From an uncultured Gammaproteobacteria bacterium (GTDB lineage Bacteria > Patescibacteriota > Microgenomatia > Daviesbacterales > UBA10151), in assembly GCA_964649615.1 (NCBI GenBank), contig CAZYPW010000004.1:9153-73152 (forward strand): a stretch of 64,000 bases of DNA. Direction: 5' to 3'. Numbering within the stretch: position 1 is the first letter of the stretch; each line of letters opens with the position of its first letter. A model generated the notes under the pieces. That model was not told the origin of the DNA. It searched no databases and worked only from the letters and a program-made list of their open reading frames with translations. This document shows positions 49,127 through 58,125 of the stretch, in pieces. Made by a program: the position numbers and the translations under genes.

Positions 49127-49210
49127 GCGAAGTCACGAGTTAGAAAAAATGTTGAGGATTTTGTGCAGAGTGACTTAATGATTATGAATCGCTAAACCAC
49201 AAAATTCTCA
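49127..49210. repeat. intergenic hairpin element, family member Y
   Basis: gcgaagtcacgag...gaggattttgtg[32 nt]cacaaaattctc has an 11/12 stem. Shares gcgaagtc, gattttgtg/cacaaaat and taatgatta blocks with 48402-48470. Confidence 0.5.
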
Positions 49211-49226
49211 CCAAGCGAGCAAGTCT

Positions 49227-49892
49227 CTACCGTGCGAGCGATTTTTTCAACCGTGACGAGCCGACTTTCTTTCTTCCCATTATATTTGAAACCTCTGGCA
49301 AATCTGAACCACCATACCTGTTATTAGGAGAATTTTTATATGATCTTGAAACAGGAGCAGACAGCTTTTCAAAAGAAAAAGCACAAATTGGAGCCCCTTC
49401 ATAAATAACCACTCTTTTGCCTTTTAAAAATGTGCCGAATTCCAAAACCGGATGTCCATCCCAACCTGGATCAAACCTGGCTGCAGTGGAATGTACCACC
49501 ACTCCCAGTCTGGCCAAAGAGGATTTTCCATGCAGGTGTCCCACAATATTATCTGGTAAAGTTAATTTTTCTTTAGTGGTAGCAATCACAAAATCTTTAT
49601 CAGATAGAACAAAAGGCTGGCCCGGCTTAAGTTCTATAAATTTCATCATAGATTCCATCTCTTCTTTGCTGGTGTGTTTGGTATCAATAATATCCCAACC
49701 ATCACCGGTAAAAACCCGCAGTTTATTCCCTAAATGAAAATCTATGGTCACCTCATCAACGGAATCCTCCCAATCCTTTGGCAAAGGATTAATTTTGATA
49801 ATCCCTTTCTTGATATGTTCTCTAATTGCCCAATCAGGCAGGGTCCCTACCATATTTGGATCAGAGATTTTCTTGCGTGTCTTCTTTGGCAT
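49227..49892 (-). CDS. dcd: dCTP deaminase
   Basis: DFHLGNKLRVF and SSLARLGVVVHSTAARFDPGWDGHPVLEF are typical of Dcd. Confidence 0.8.
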   Translation of the reverse strand: MPKKTRKKISDPNMVGTLPDWAIREHIKKGIIKINPLPKDWEDSVDEVTIDFHLGNKLRVFTGDGWDIIDTKHTSKEEMESMMKFIELKPGQPFVLSDKDFVIATTKEKLTLPDNIVGHLHGKSSLARLGVVVHSTAARFDPGWDGHPVLEFGTFLKGKRVVIYEGAPICAFSFEKLSAPVSRSYKNSPNNRYGGSDLPEVSNIMGRKKVGSSRLKKSLAR

Positions 49893-50068
49893 CTTAATAG
49901 TGACAATTTAAACTCTTAAGCTGTATAATGTCAATATGAAAAAGACAGCTCAACAGATTCAAGATAGTATTTTTAGAAAAATGTCAGCGGATAAAAAAAT
50001 CAAATTTGGTTCAAGTATGTGGAGGTTTGCCAAACAGTTAGCTGGTGATAAAATAGACTTTAGAATCA

Positions 50069-50626
50069 ATGGATCCACATCATCTACTGGTAAAAATAGT
50101 TAAAATTTTAAACTCCTTAAAAATTCCATACCTTGTAACTGGAGGTGTCGCAATTTATGTCTGGGGTAGACCACGGTTTACAGCAGATATAGATTTGGTA
50201 GTAGAATTACAGGAAAAAGATGTCAAAAAATTGGTTCAGACTCTGATTAAGGAAGGTTACGTAGATGAAGATGCGGTAAGGGAAGCTATCACCAATCAAG
50301 GCGAATTCAACTTTATTGATCAGGAAGAAGGCATTAAGGTTGATTTTTGGATACTAAAAAAAGATGAGTTTGATAAATCTAAATTTAAAAGAAGAATAGC
50401 TAAAAAGGTATTAAATCAAAATATTTATTTTATCTCACCTGAAGACTTAATTTTAGTAAAACTTTTATGGTTTAAGGAAAGCCGGTCATTCAGACACTTG
50501 GAAGATATTCTGTCAATCTTGCAAATGCTCGGGAAAAAAGTTAACTTTGGTTATTTAAGAGAGTGGGCCAAAAAACAAAATACCCTGGGAGTTTTAGAAG
50601 AACAAATTGCTCTGGTATCAAGATAA
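50069..50626 (+). CDS. nucleotidyltransferase-fold protein (Pol-beta superfamily-like), orphan
   Basis: GRPRFTADIDLVV resembles the G-x-x-R-x-T-x-DxD NTase motif. A 55-codon ORF (49935-50102) overlaps its start in another frame. Confidence 0.45.
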   Translation: MDPHHLLVKIVKILNSLKIPYLVTGGVAIYVWGRPRFTADIDLVVELQEKDVKKLVQTLIKEGYVDEDAVREAITNQGEFNFIDQEEGIKVDFWILKKDEFDKSKFKRRIAKKVLNQNIYFISPEDLILVKLLWFKESRSFRHLEDILSILQMLGKKVNFGYLREWAKKQNTLGVLEEQIALVSR

Positions 50627-50663
50627 CAATTTAACCCTTAAAGGCTTTTTTCAAGTAGGAATT

Positions 50664-51533
50664 TTATTTTTCAATACTGCCCCGAATCCAAGTTCCTGGA
50701 TGTTTAGGGTTAAAAGTGTTTCTTACATTAACTGGAATCCTTTTATCCCATACCGGTCCCAATGCTAGATAATGAAATACTTTAGCGCCGGACATACCAA
50801 GCTCAGCCATTTCTTCGTAAAGAAGATAGGGTATAGTTGCAGCCTGTGGAACTATATTCGGATCTGCTGTTAAAACACCATTTGTGTCTGTCCAATTTTC
50901 ATATACTACTGCATTTAATCCACCTGCTAAATATGCCCCTGTAATATCTGACCCGCCTCTGGGAAAAGTTCTAATTCTACTTTTACTATCTTGACCATAA
51001 TATCCTGGAACTACAAATCTTTCGACACCTCGCAACCTTTGGGATATCAATCTGTAAGATTCTTCTTGATTAAACACCCCGTCTTCATGAAATTTTATTA
51101 TTTCTGCAGCATCAACAAATTCTACTTCTAAGTATCTTGCTAAAATTCTTCCAGAAAGCCATTCGCCACGAGATGCAGCCCAAGCCACTGTTAAATCTTC
51201 ATTTTCTTTTTTGACCATCAATCCATTTTTTATTGCTTCTAAATCATCGTCTATGCAGATCTCTAATTCATCCGCTATACTTAAAAAACGTTTCTCAATA
51301 AAATCAAAAGTGCCTCTGAAAGATTCACCCCTAAAAGATAATTCCCCACAATTTATTAATAGATCAGTCGTCTTTACAGAATCTTTTTTATCCTTTTCTT
51401 TTCCAGGAGCGGAGGGAACTATAATCCTGCGTCTACAATCTTTATTTATGATATTTCCCACAGCAATAAATCCTCCAGCGTTTGCTAAAGAACTACCTCC
51501 GTATTTTGCTATTATATCTTTTTCTATATTCAT
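50664..51533 (-). CDS. aspartokinase-like amino-acid kinase, catalytic domain only (no ACT domains)
   Basis: N-terminal IAKYGGSSLA (KFGG-type) and C-terminal RGGSDITGAYLAGGLNA...ENWTDTNGVLTADPNIV match the aspartokinase catalytic domain (PF00696). Ends without ACT regulatory domains. Start placed at MNIEKD. Confidence 0.65.
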   Translation of the reverse strand: MNIEKDIIAKYGGSSLANAGGFIAVGNIINKDCRRRIIVPSAPGKEKDKKDSVKTTDLLINCGELSFRGESFRGTFDFIEKRFLSIADELEICIDDDLEAIKNGLMVKKENEDLTVAWAASRGEWLSGRILARYLEVEFVDAAEIIKFHEDGVFNQEESYRLISQRLRGVERFVVPGYYGQDSKSRIRTFPRGGSDITGAYLAGGLNAVVYENWTDTNGVLTADPNIVPQAATIPYLLYEEMAELGMSGAKVFHYLALGPVWDKRIPVNVRNTFNPKHPGTWIRGSIEK

Positions 51534-51547
51534 AGATTTTTCGCCAC

Positions 51548-51577
51548 AAAAAAACCTCCCTGGTGGGAGGCTTCGTA
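51548..51577 (-). terminator. intrinsic terminator / attenuator hairpin 14 nt upstream of the aspartokinase start
   Basis: The minus strand reads gaagcctcccaccagggaggttttttt: a 6-bp GC stem (cctccc/gggagg) followed by a T7 run. The 5' arm can instead pair with the upstream ggagctttcgta (11/12 pairs) as an antiterminator. Confidence 0.55.
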
Positions 51578-51604
51578 ACTGTCTTTTATTTGACAATTTT
51601 TACA

Positions 51605-51673
51605 CTACGAAAGCTCCTCCCTATGAGAGGTAGTTTTAGTAGTTTTCTTTAATGCATTCATTAAGCTATTCAT
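51605..51673 (-). promoter_or_regulatory. candidate Thr-rich leader peptide ORF of a transcription-attenuation leader
   Basis: The minus-strand ORF atg aat agc tta atg aat gca tta aag aaa act act aaa act acc tct cat agg gag gag ctt tcg tag encodes MNSLMNALKKTTKTTSHREELS. Its stop lies inside the antiterminator 5' arm, and its Thr codons overlap stem 1. Confidence 0.4.
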
Positions 51674-51832
51674 GGTTAATAAGATATCATATTTTTGACA
51701 ATTTATCAAGATAAAGTTTTAAAATATCCTGACTGATTTCTTCTTTAGATTTCATTTTTCCATTTTTCTATCCATGCATAAAAGTGATCAAAATAATGTG
51801 TATTATAATAAATAGTGTGGTATAATAATTAT

Positions 51833-52096
51833 ATGAATGGTTTATTTTCTAAAATAATATCTATAACCGAACTCCGTCGTAAATTTGGTGAAGTTACCGA
51901 AAATTTGGCCAAAACCGATGCAGTAATCTTAACCAAAGGAGGTGAACCTTTTGCAATCTTGAAGGCAGCTCCAGAGGAAAAGAGAAAACTCTTGATAAAA
52001 ACAGCCGGAGCCTGGAAAGATACAGCATTGGATAATGATATTTTGTGGAAGAAAGTATCCAAAAAAAAGTCCCGTAAAAAGCCAATCTCTTTATGA
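51833..52096 (+). CDS. type II antitoxin (Phd/YefM-like)
   Basis: The small protein ISITELRRKFGEVTENLAKTDAVILTKGGEPFAILK precedes and overlaps a PIN toxin gene by 4 nt. ATG at 51833 preferred. Confidence 0.6.
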   Translation: MNGLFSKIISITELRRKFGEVTENLAKTDAVILTKGGEPFAILKAAPEEKRKLLIKTAGAWKDTALDNDILWKKVSKKKSRKKPISL

Positions 52097-52491
52097 AGGC
52101 GTACTTAATTGATACTTCAGTTATAATAAACTATCTCAGACATAAAGAATCTACAGTTGAAACCATAAATAATTTAAGCGGAGAACTTACTTCATCCTAT
52201 ATTTGTCTGGCAGAACTTTATGAAGGGATTTCCCGCGTCCGGGAAAAAGAAAAAGCAGAGAAAGTTGTGCTGGATTTTTTTGTTGGATTAGATCGAACTT
52301 ACAGTTTAGACGAAGATATCGCCAAACACTTTGGACAAATCAAAGCTAATCTTAAAATGAAAGGCCAAGTTATAGAGGACTTGGATATTCTGCTGGCAGT
52401 AACCTGTATTGCCAAGGGTCTTACTTTAATAACATCAAACCCTAAACATTTCTCAAGAGTTGCCAATTTAGAAATATTAACAGTAAATTAA
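52093..52491 (+). CDS. vapC: PIN-domain toxin VapC
   Basis: MKAYLIDTSVIINYL with acidic PIN residues (D7, E41, D-like in LITSN). 132 aa. Confidence 0.8.
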   Translation: MKAYLIDTSVIINYLRHKESTVETINNLSGELTSSYICLAELYEGISRVREKEKAEKVVLDFFVGLDRTYSLDEDIAKHFGQIKANLKMKGQVIEDLDILLAVTCIAKGLTLITSNPKHFSRVANLEILTVN

Positions 52492-52680
52492 CTGCTATCA
52501 TTTATATCACGGCCGTAGCATAAATGAAATTACTTCTAATCTGTTTGATTATTCGTTCTGTCAAAAACAGACGTTCTATAACTGGTACAAATCCCTACAG
52601 AACTTTTTGGACAAAATAGTCCTTTAGGAAAAACAGTTATTTTAAGATGAAGTTTCTAGTAAGCCAAATTTAACTTCATC

Positions 52681-53055
52681 CTACTGATCAAATCTTCCAG
52701 CCTGATAAGAGTTTCTTAAGACCCTAGTTATATCCCAAAAAACTCTCTGTAAACCTTCACGGAGAGGATGTGGGAACTCCTGTAATGCTAAGTTGAGTTC
52801 TGACATGGTACCGACTGTCCCCTCTACACGGTGTCTATCAACCACAAGATCTACTGTCGTCAATCCCAACACAAATGCTAGCTTCTCAAATGTACCCATG
52901 GTTAAATTTGATTTACCACCTAAAACCCGTGATAGCTGGGACTTGGAAATTCCTGCTCTTCTTGCCACCTGTGATTGGGACATACCACCTTCCTCTACTT
53001 TCCTTATAAGCTCTTGTCTCCACCTCTCATTTGCCTGATTATTTTCTGCAGTCAT
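52681..53055 (-). CDS. XRE-family HTH transcriptional regulator with C-terminal extension; GC-richer than surroundings
   Basis: GMSQSQVARRAGISKSQLSRVLGGKSN HTH. The coding DNA has visibly higher G+C than its flanks. Confidence 0.7.
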   Translation of the reverse strand: MTAENNQANERWRQELIRKVEEGGMSQSQVARRAGISKSQLSRVLGGKSNLTMGTFEKLAFVLGLTTVDLVVDRHRVEGTVGTMSELNLALQEFPHPLREGLQRVFWDITRVLRNSYQAGRFDQ

Positions 53056-53140
53056 ATTAAAAGATTTTAGTACTTATTTTGTAAATGTCAAAAAAATAGA
53101 TAATCTTGACAAAATTTATATAAAATGTTAAGATTTTAAC

Positions 53141-53785
53141 ATGATAAGCGTCTCTGATGCCTTAAATGAAATAATTTCCACCCAACCTTTTATAGAAGAA
53201 GGTTTAGCTCGTGGACTTATAAACTATTCTGCATATGCTCGAGAAGTAAAACCGATGTTTGAAAAAAGACTTTATAAAGATCTAACTGAAGGATCTATTG
53301 TGATGGCTTTAAAAAGGATTAGTGAAAAGCTAAATAAAAAGCCTAAAAAAGAAAATAGTCTAAATTTGACTAATTTGACTGTTAGATCTAATTTAACTGA
53401 ATTTACTTATCTTTATTCAGAATCTTTACCTAATAAGCAAAAAGAATTGTTTAATCATTTATCTGAAGAAAAGGATGTTTATTGTGCAGTATCTCAGGGG
53501 ATAAGGGAAACTACTTTTATAGCCAGTCCTGAGGCTACTTTAGCAATTGAAAGGATTTTCTCATCTGCAAACTTGATTGCTAAAATAGAAGATCTCTCCT
53601 CTGTTTCCATACATCTACCAAAAGAGGTAGTGTATATTCCTGGAGTTTATTATTCAGTGTTGAAAATGTTGGCTTGGGAAAATATAAATGTGATAGAAGT
53701 TTTATCAACTTACACTGAGTTGACAATTATTTTGGAAACTAAAGATGTGGATAAGGCTTTTTCTATTCTAAAAAATATTTCTTAA
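53141..53785 (+). CDS. hypothetical protein with ACT-like C-terminal fold (putative small-molecule-binding regulatory protein)
   Basis: The C-terminal pattern SVSIHLPKEVVYIPGVYYSVLKMLAWENINVIEVLSTYTELTIILE looks like an ACT fold (tentative). Divergent from the XRE gene. Confidence 0.4.
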   Translation: MISVSDALNEIISTQPFIEEGLARGLINYSAYAREVKPMFEKRLYKDLTEGSIVMALKRISEKLNKKPKKENSLNLTNLTVRSNLTEFTYLYSESLPNKQKELFNHLSEEKDVYCAVSQGIRETTFIASPEATLAIERIFSSANLIAKIEDLSSVSIHLPKEVVYIPGVYYSVLKMLAWENINVIEVLSTYTELTIILETKDVDKAFSILKNIS

Positions 53786-53787
53786 AT

Positions 53788-54276
53788 TTATTTAACTTCT
53801 GATAATTTATCAAGATAAATATTTAAATAGTTGATATCATCCTCCAGATATTTATATTCCAAATTTTGCGTATTTTTCGGATAAGCTACATATAAATCAT
53901 TTAATATTTTTTTATGATTTGTGAATTGGGTTTTTACTGCAGCCACTTTATCTTTTAAATTATTTGCAATTATTAAATCTGTTATTTGTCCTGCTGTTGT
54001 TGAATACCTCAAAGATGAGGGTAGCAAAAAGTCATAGCTTTTATGATCCAAAATAGCCGCAATTTCTGCTAATCTGGCATCGAGCAAAGAACTCATATAA
54101 TCTAATTTATCTGTCGGGTTAGATTTAAAGTTAAGATATATTTTTTCCTGAACTCTTTTTAAACTAAATAACAGCGGGTTATCCGGAGCGGCGCTTTGGG
54201 ATAAGATCAAAGATAAAGCAGTAATAGCTAAAATAACTATTAATATAACTTGAATCCTGGTTTGCATTTTTTTCAT
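53788..54276 (-). CDS. hypothetical N-terminally anchored/secreted protein
   Basis: 162 aa with signal/anchor IQVILIVILAITALSLILS. No recognised domain. Confidence 0.45.
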   Translation of the reverse strand: MKKMQTRIQVILIVILAITALSLILSQSAAPDNPLLFSLKRVQEKIYLNFKSNPTDKLDYMSSLLDARLAEIAAILDHKSYDFLLPSSLRYSTTAGQITDLIIANNLKDKVAAVKTQFTNHKKILNDLYVAYPKNTQNLEYKYLEDDINYLNIYLDKLSEVK

Positions 54277-54947
54277 ACTTTTAGTGCGCGAAGCGCGCGA
54301 GCTTTGCTTAGAATCTTTAAAATCTCTCTGTGGATTTTCTCTTCGGGGTTCATTTTATCATTCTCCATACAATTTATAACAACCCAATTTTTTTCTGACT
54401 GGGAAAGTTCCAGATAAATTTGGGCCGCTTTTTCTTCATGTTCCAAACTTTTTTCATGAATATCAGTCAGATGAGCTTTTAAGGCATTCTCTTGTCCCAT
54501 TTTTGGATCAACATTTAAAAGAATCACTAAATCTGGTTTTGGCATGCCATTAGTTTGATATTCCAGCTGATCCACCCATTTTATAAAATCTTCTCTCTTG
54601 CTCTCATCTAAATTTGCTCCCAAGTGGGCTTTAGATGCAGAAACATATCTGTTAGCAATAATTAATTTTCCATTTTGCAGCCAGTTTTCAATTTCTGGTT
54701 TTGCTAAAAGTCTATCCGCTGCATAAGCTTCAGCTATCCAATATGGATCCACCTTATTTATAGCCCCAAATTCTCCCTCCAAATATCTTTTAACTAATTT
54801 TCCATATTCATTTTCCTGATATCTTGGAAAGCTTATCACCTCAAAAGGAATGCTTTTTTCCTGAAAATATTTACTTAAAAATTCAATCTGGGTAGTTTTC
54901 CCAGATCCATCTATCCCATCTATAACAATAAGCAAACCTTTGTTCAT
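54273..54947 (-). CDS. tmk: thymidylate kinase
   Basis: LLIVIDGIDGSGKTTQ P-loop, DRY-like ANRYVSAS and a lid region. Start placed at MNKGL; the ORF track extends 33 nt further. Confidence 0.85.
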   Translation of the reverse strand: MNKGLLIVIDGIDGSGKTTQIEFLSKYFQEKSIPFEVISFPRYQENEYGKLVKRYLEGEFGAINKVDPYWIAEAYAADRLLAKPEIENWLQNGKLIIANRYVSASKAHLGANLDESKREDFIKWVDQLEYQTNGMPKPDLVILLNVDPKMGQENALKAHLTDIHEKSLEHEEKAAQIYLELSQSEKNWVVINCMENDKMNPEEKIHREILKILSKARALRALKV

Positions 54948-55294
54948 AATATAACCTCTAATCCATTCTTGGAATAACAACCAATAAATGGCTGCTTTTT
55001 TCTCCTTAAAGTATTTATAGCACTTATAATCTCGTCCATAAAGGGAATAATCTCTTCTGGTTTAACATTTGGAAAGTCCAAAACCATCACACTTACCTTT
55101 TCCTCGCCTTCAATCGATTTTAGATAATCTTTATCAAAACTTAAAATAATCCGTTTTTCAACAAGTGCTTTTGTTCTAACTGTTGAATCAGAAACACCAT
55201 GTAGAGATCGCTGGATTCTTTTAACATCATGTCTTCTCTTTTGTAAATAAGAAATTAAAGTTGGAGGAAAATTTTCATCAGCGAGTAATTTCAT
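54944..55294 (-). CDS. DUF5615-family (PIN-like) putative toxin
   Basis: MKLLADENFPPTLISYL N-terminus is typical of the DUF5615 partner of DUF433 proteins. Overlaps the upstream DUF433 gene. Confidence 0.55.
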   Translation of the reverse strand: MKLLADENFPPTLISYLQKRRHDVKRIQRSLHGVSDSTVRTKALVEKRIILSFDKDYLKSIEGEEKVSVMVLDFPNVKPEEIIPFMDEIISAINTLRRKKQPFIGCYSKNGLEVIL

Positions 55295-55541
55295 GAAGGA
55301 TTACTGGAACTTTTTCAATCTCCGCACGATTTAATTCTACTTTTTTAACTAGTTTTTTGGCATAGTCAATTGCTGCCAGAATTTCTGATTTTTTAAGCTC
55401 TTTATATTCTTTTAGTATATCATTTACACTCATCCCAGCACCTAAAAAGTTCATTATAAGCTCAACAGTAATTCTAGTTCCAGCAATTATCGGTTTACCA
55501 GATAAAATTTTCGGGTCAGAAATAATTTTTGATCTTGCCAT
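55278..55541 (-). CDS. DUF433-family putative antitoxin
   Basis: ISDPKILSGKPIIAGTRITVELIMNFLGAGMSVNDILKEY matches the DUF433 pattern. Confidence 0.6.
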   Translation of the reverse strand: MARSKIISDPKILSGKPIIAGTRITVELIMNFLGAGMSVNDILKEYKELKKSEILAAIDYAKKLVKKVELNRAEIEKVPVILHEITR

Positions 55542-55601
55542 ATAAGTATTATACTACAATAAAACCTCAGCGGACCTATAACTTCTTTTATAATTCTAAA
55601 T

Positions 55602-56378
55602 TTGATATGCTTTCTTTTAATGGAAAATGTAGATTTACCTAAATCACCCAGTCCCAACAAATTCTCAGAAAGATTTATTAAACCTGTTCTAGAAAGATTT
55701 CAAAGATTAAAGGAAGGAAGAGCTACAACTTTTGAATCTCAAAATCCTTTTGGGTTCGCAACTCCAGACTTTAGCAATTTATCAGAAGACCAAAAAAGAG
55801 AATTATGGATTACTCAAGGAGGTAAAGAATTTAAAGGTGAGGTGGGTGAAGTTAGAAGATATGTAATTGGAGTAAGACCTCACGTTGTTGATCAAGTTAA
55901 AAAGAATGGTTTTGACCCAGAGAAAAAAAGGATGGGCTATACAGCTTTCTTACCCCATTTTATAGGAGGAACAGAGGGTAAAGGAGTATACGGAACTACT
56001 AATCCTACTATGGCTAGTAGAGAATATGGGCCATCCATAATCGTGGCTGATTTTGCTTTAGGGAAAGTAGCTACACCAGATAAAAATCATATTTTAAAAG
56101 TTTTAAATAAATTGCATGATCCTATTAGATGGAGTCAATCTCTTTACAGTGCGATAGCAATGGTTTGGGGAACAGGATCCTTTTTACTGGGTGAAACTGT
56201 TGTATCTCCACAGGCAGCTGTGGCTATACATACTGCATCTCTAGAAGATTTTATTAAAAAAATCCAGCAACACAGAGAATGGATTGTAGCTAAAGATCCT
56301 AAAAGAGTGAAGATAGTAGATGTTTTTCCTTATCTTGAGGCCTATCAGCAAAAGGAATCAGAATTAACAAGAAGATAA
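55602..56378 (+). CDS. hypothetical protein, no recognisable domain
   Basis: 258-aa ORF (possible start MENVDLPKS at 55620). Convergent with pyrG (4-nt spacer). Confidence 0.4.
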   Translation: MICFLLMENVDLPKSPSPNKFSERFIKPVLERFQRLKEGRATTFESQNPFGFATPDFSNLSEDQKRELWITQGGKEFKGEVGEVRRYVIGVRPHVVDQVKKNGFDPEKKRMGYTAFLPHFIGGTEGKGVYGTTNPTMASREYGPSIIVADFALGKVATPDKNHILKVLNKLHDPIRWSQSLYSAIAMVWGTGSFLLGETVVSPQAAVAIHTASLEDFIKKIQQHREWIVAKDPKRVKIVDVFPYLEAYQQKESELTRR

Positions 56379-56382
56379 TAAT

Positions 56383-58026
56383 TTAATTCTTGCTTACTGC
56401 CTCTATAAATGCAAGAAATAGAGGGTGTGGAGAAAGAGGCCTTGATTTATATTCCGGATGGCCCTGGGTGGCCATATAAAAAGGATGGGTCTCTTTGGGA
56501 AATTCTATTATCTCCACTAAATTCTCCTTCGCTGACCTGGCTGAAAATACCATGCCCTTGTTTTCAAAATCTTTAGAATACTCATTATTAAATTCATACC
56601 TGTGCCTGTGCCTTTCTGAAGTTAGTCCTTCAGGATTTTTAAGCTGGCCATATTCCTTGTATATTTCATATGCTTGAGTGCCTTTTGCAACAATAGCATC
56701 CCAGGAACCTAACCTCATTGTTCCACCATATGCTCTTTTAGCCATGAATTTTTTTTGTTTAGGCATTAAATGAATTACAGGATGCTTAGTCCTTTTATCA
56801 TTTTCAGTGGTATTGGCATCTTTCCAGCCTAAAATATCCCTGGCAAACCCTATTACCGAAAGCTGCATCCCATAACAAAGCCCCAGATAGGGAATCTTTC
56901 TATCCCTAGCATATGAGGCTGCAGCTATCATCCCCTCAGCCCCCCTTTCTCCCCAGCCAATTGGCACAATTAACCCATCAGGATTTCCTATAATTTCTAC
57001 TCCTTCCTTTTCCACTTTCTCAGCATCTATCCATAAAGTTTGAACTTTAACCCCAATATTAAACGAGGCATGATCTATAGCATCAAGTAAGGCTGCATAA
57101 GAATCTCTTAACTGATAATCCCCTGTGCCAAAATATTTTCCCACAATGGCAATGGTAACCACTTTAGCTTTTTTGCTGTTTATTCTTTCCACTAAATTTT
57201 CCCATGCCTTCAAATCAGGTTTTTTTACCTTCAGGCCCAATTTTTTAAGTATTCTTTCTTCCAAACCTTGTTTGTGTAAAACCAAAGGAATCTCATAGAC
57301 TGATGGTAAATCCGGATTAGAGATAATATCCTCCGGTTTCATATTACAAAACAGGGCAAATCTTTCCCTTCTTCTTTGATCCAGATATTTTTCAGATCTG
57401 GTAATCACAAAATCAGGCTGAATTCCTAAAGAGTTTAAGGTCCTGACAGATAGTTGAGTGGGTTTGGTTTTTGGCTCGCCAAGGTGAGGAGGTGTTGGTA
57501 CATATGAAACATGAATATGTAAAACATCACCCGGCTTTTGTAATGTCAAAATTCTTGATGCTTCATAGTAAAAAACATTCTGGTACTCACCTGCTGTTCC
57601 CCCCAGCTCAATAATGACAATGTCGGCATTTTTTACCTTTCCTAGGTGATTTATCCTGTCAATAATTTCATTAGTCAAATGTGGAATAGCTTCTACATCC
57701 TCCCCCTGGTATTCAAATCTTCTTTCCCGATCAATTACTGACTGATAGATTCTACCCATGGTGACAAAATTTTCCTTACCCATATCCTCATCCAAAAACT
57801 TCTCATAAGTTCCGATATCCATATCAGCTTCTGTTCCGTCTTCACACAGGAATGGATCACCATGTTCTATTGGATTGATTGTTCCTGCATCCAAATTTAA
57901 GTAATTTTCAAATTTAATGGGGGCAACTTTGTAACCTGCAGATTTTAGCAGGAAAGCAATTGAGGCAGCTGTTGTGCCTTTTCCAATACCAGAAATTACA
58001 CCACCTGAAACAAATATATATTTCAT
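56383..58026 (-). CDS. pyrG: CTP synthase
   Basis: N-terminal synthetase domain MKYIFVSGGVISGIGKGTTAASIA and C-terminal GATase GLCYGMQL. Confidence 0.95.
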   Translation of the reverse strand: MKYIFVSGGVISGIGKGTTAASIAFLLKSAGYKVAPIKFENYLNLDAGTINPIEHGDPFLCEDGTEADMDIGTYEKFLDEDMGKENFVTMGRIYQSVIDRERRFEYQGEDVEAIPHLTNEIIDRINHLGKVKNADIVIIELGGTAGEYQNVFYYEASRILTLQKPGDVLHIHVSYVPTPPHLGEPKTKPTQLSVRTLNSLGIQPDFVITRSEKYLDQRRRERFALFCNMKPEDIISNPDLPSVYEIPLVLHKQGLEERILKKLGLKVKKPDLKAWENLVERINSKKAKVVTIAIVGKYFGTGDYQLRDSYAALLDAIDHASFNIGVKVQTLWIDAEKVEKEGVEIIGNPDGLIVPIGWGERGAEGMIAAASYARDRKIPYLGLCYGMQLSVIGFARDILGWKDANTTENDKRTKHPVIHLMPKQKKFMAKRAYGGTMRLGSWDAIVAKGTQAYEIYKEYGQLKNPEGLTSERHRHRYEFNNEYSKDFENKGMVFSARSAKENLVEIIEFPKETHPFYMATQGHPEYKSRPLSPHPLFLAFIEAVSKN

Positions 58027-58125
58027 GGTGTTTATTATCCAGACTAAGCCCTAAAATTACAAGTCTTATCTTTTATGTGTTATAATATTATTATGGGGTT
58101 CTAACCCCAAGATTTTCTTTTGGCT

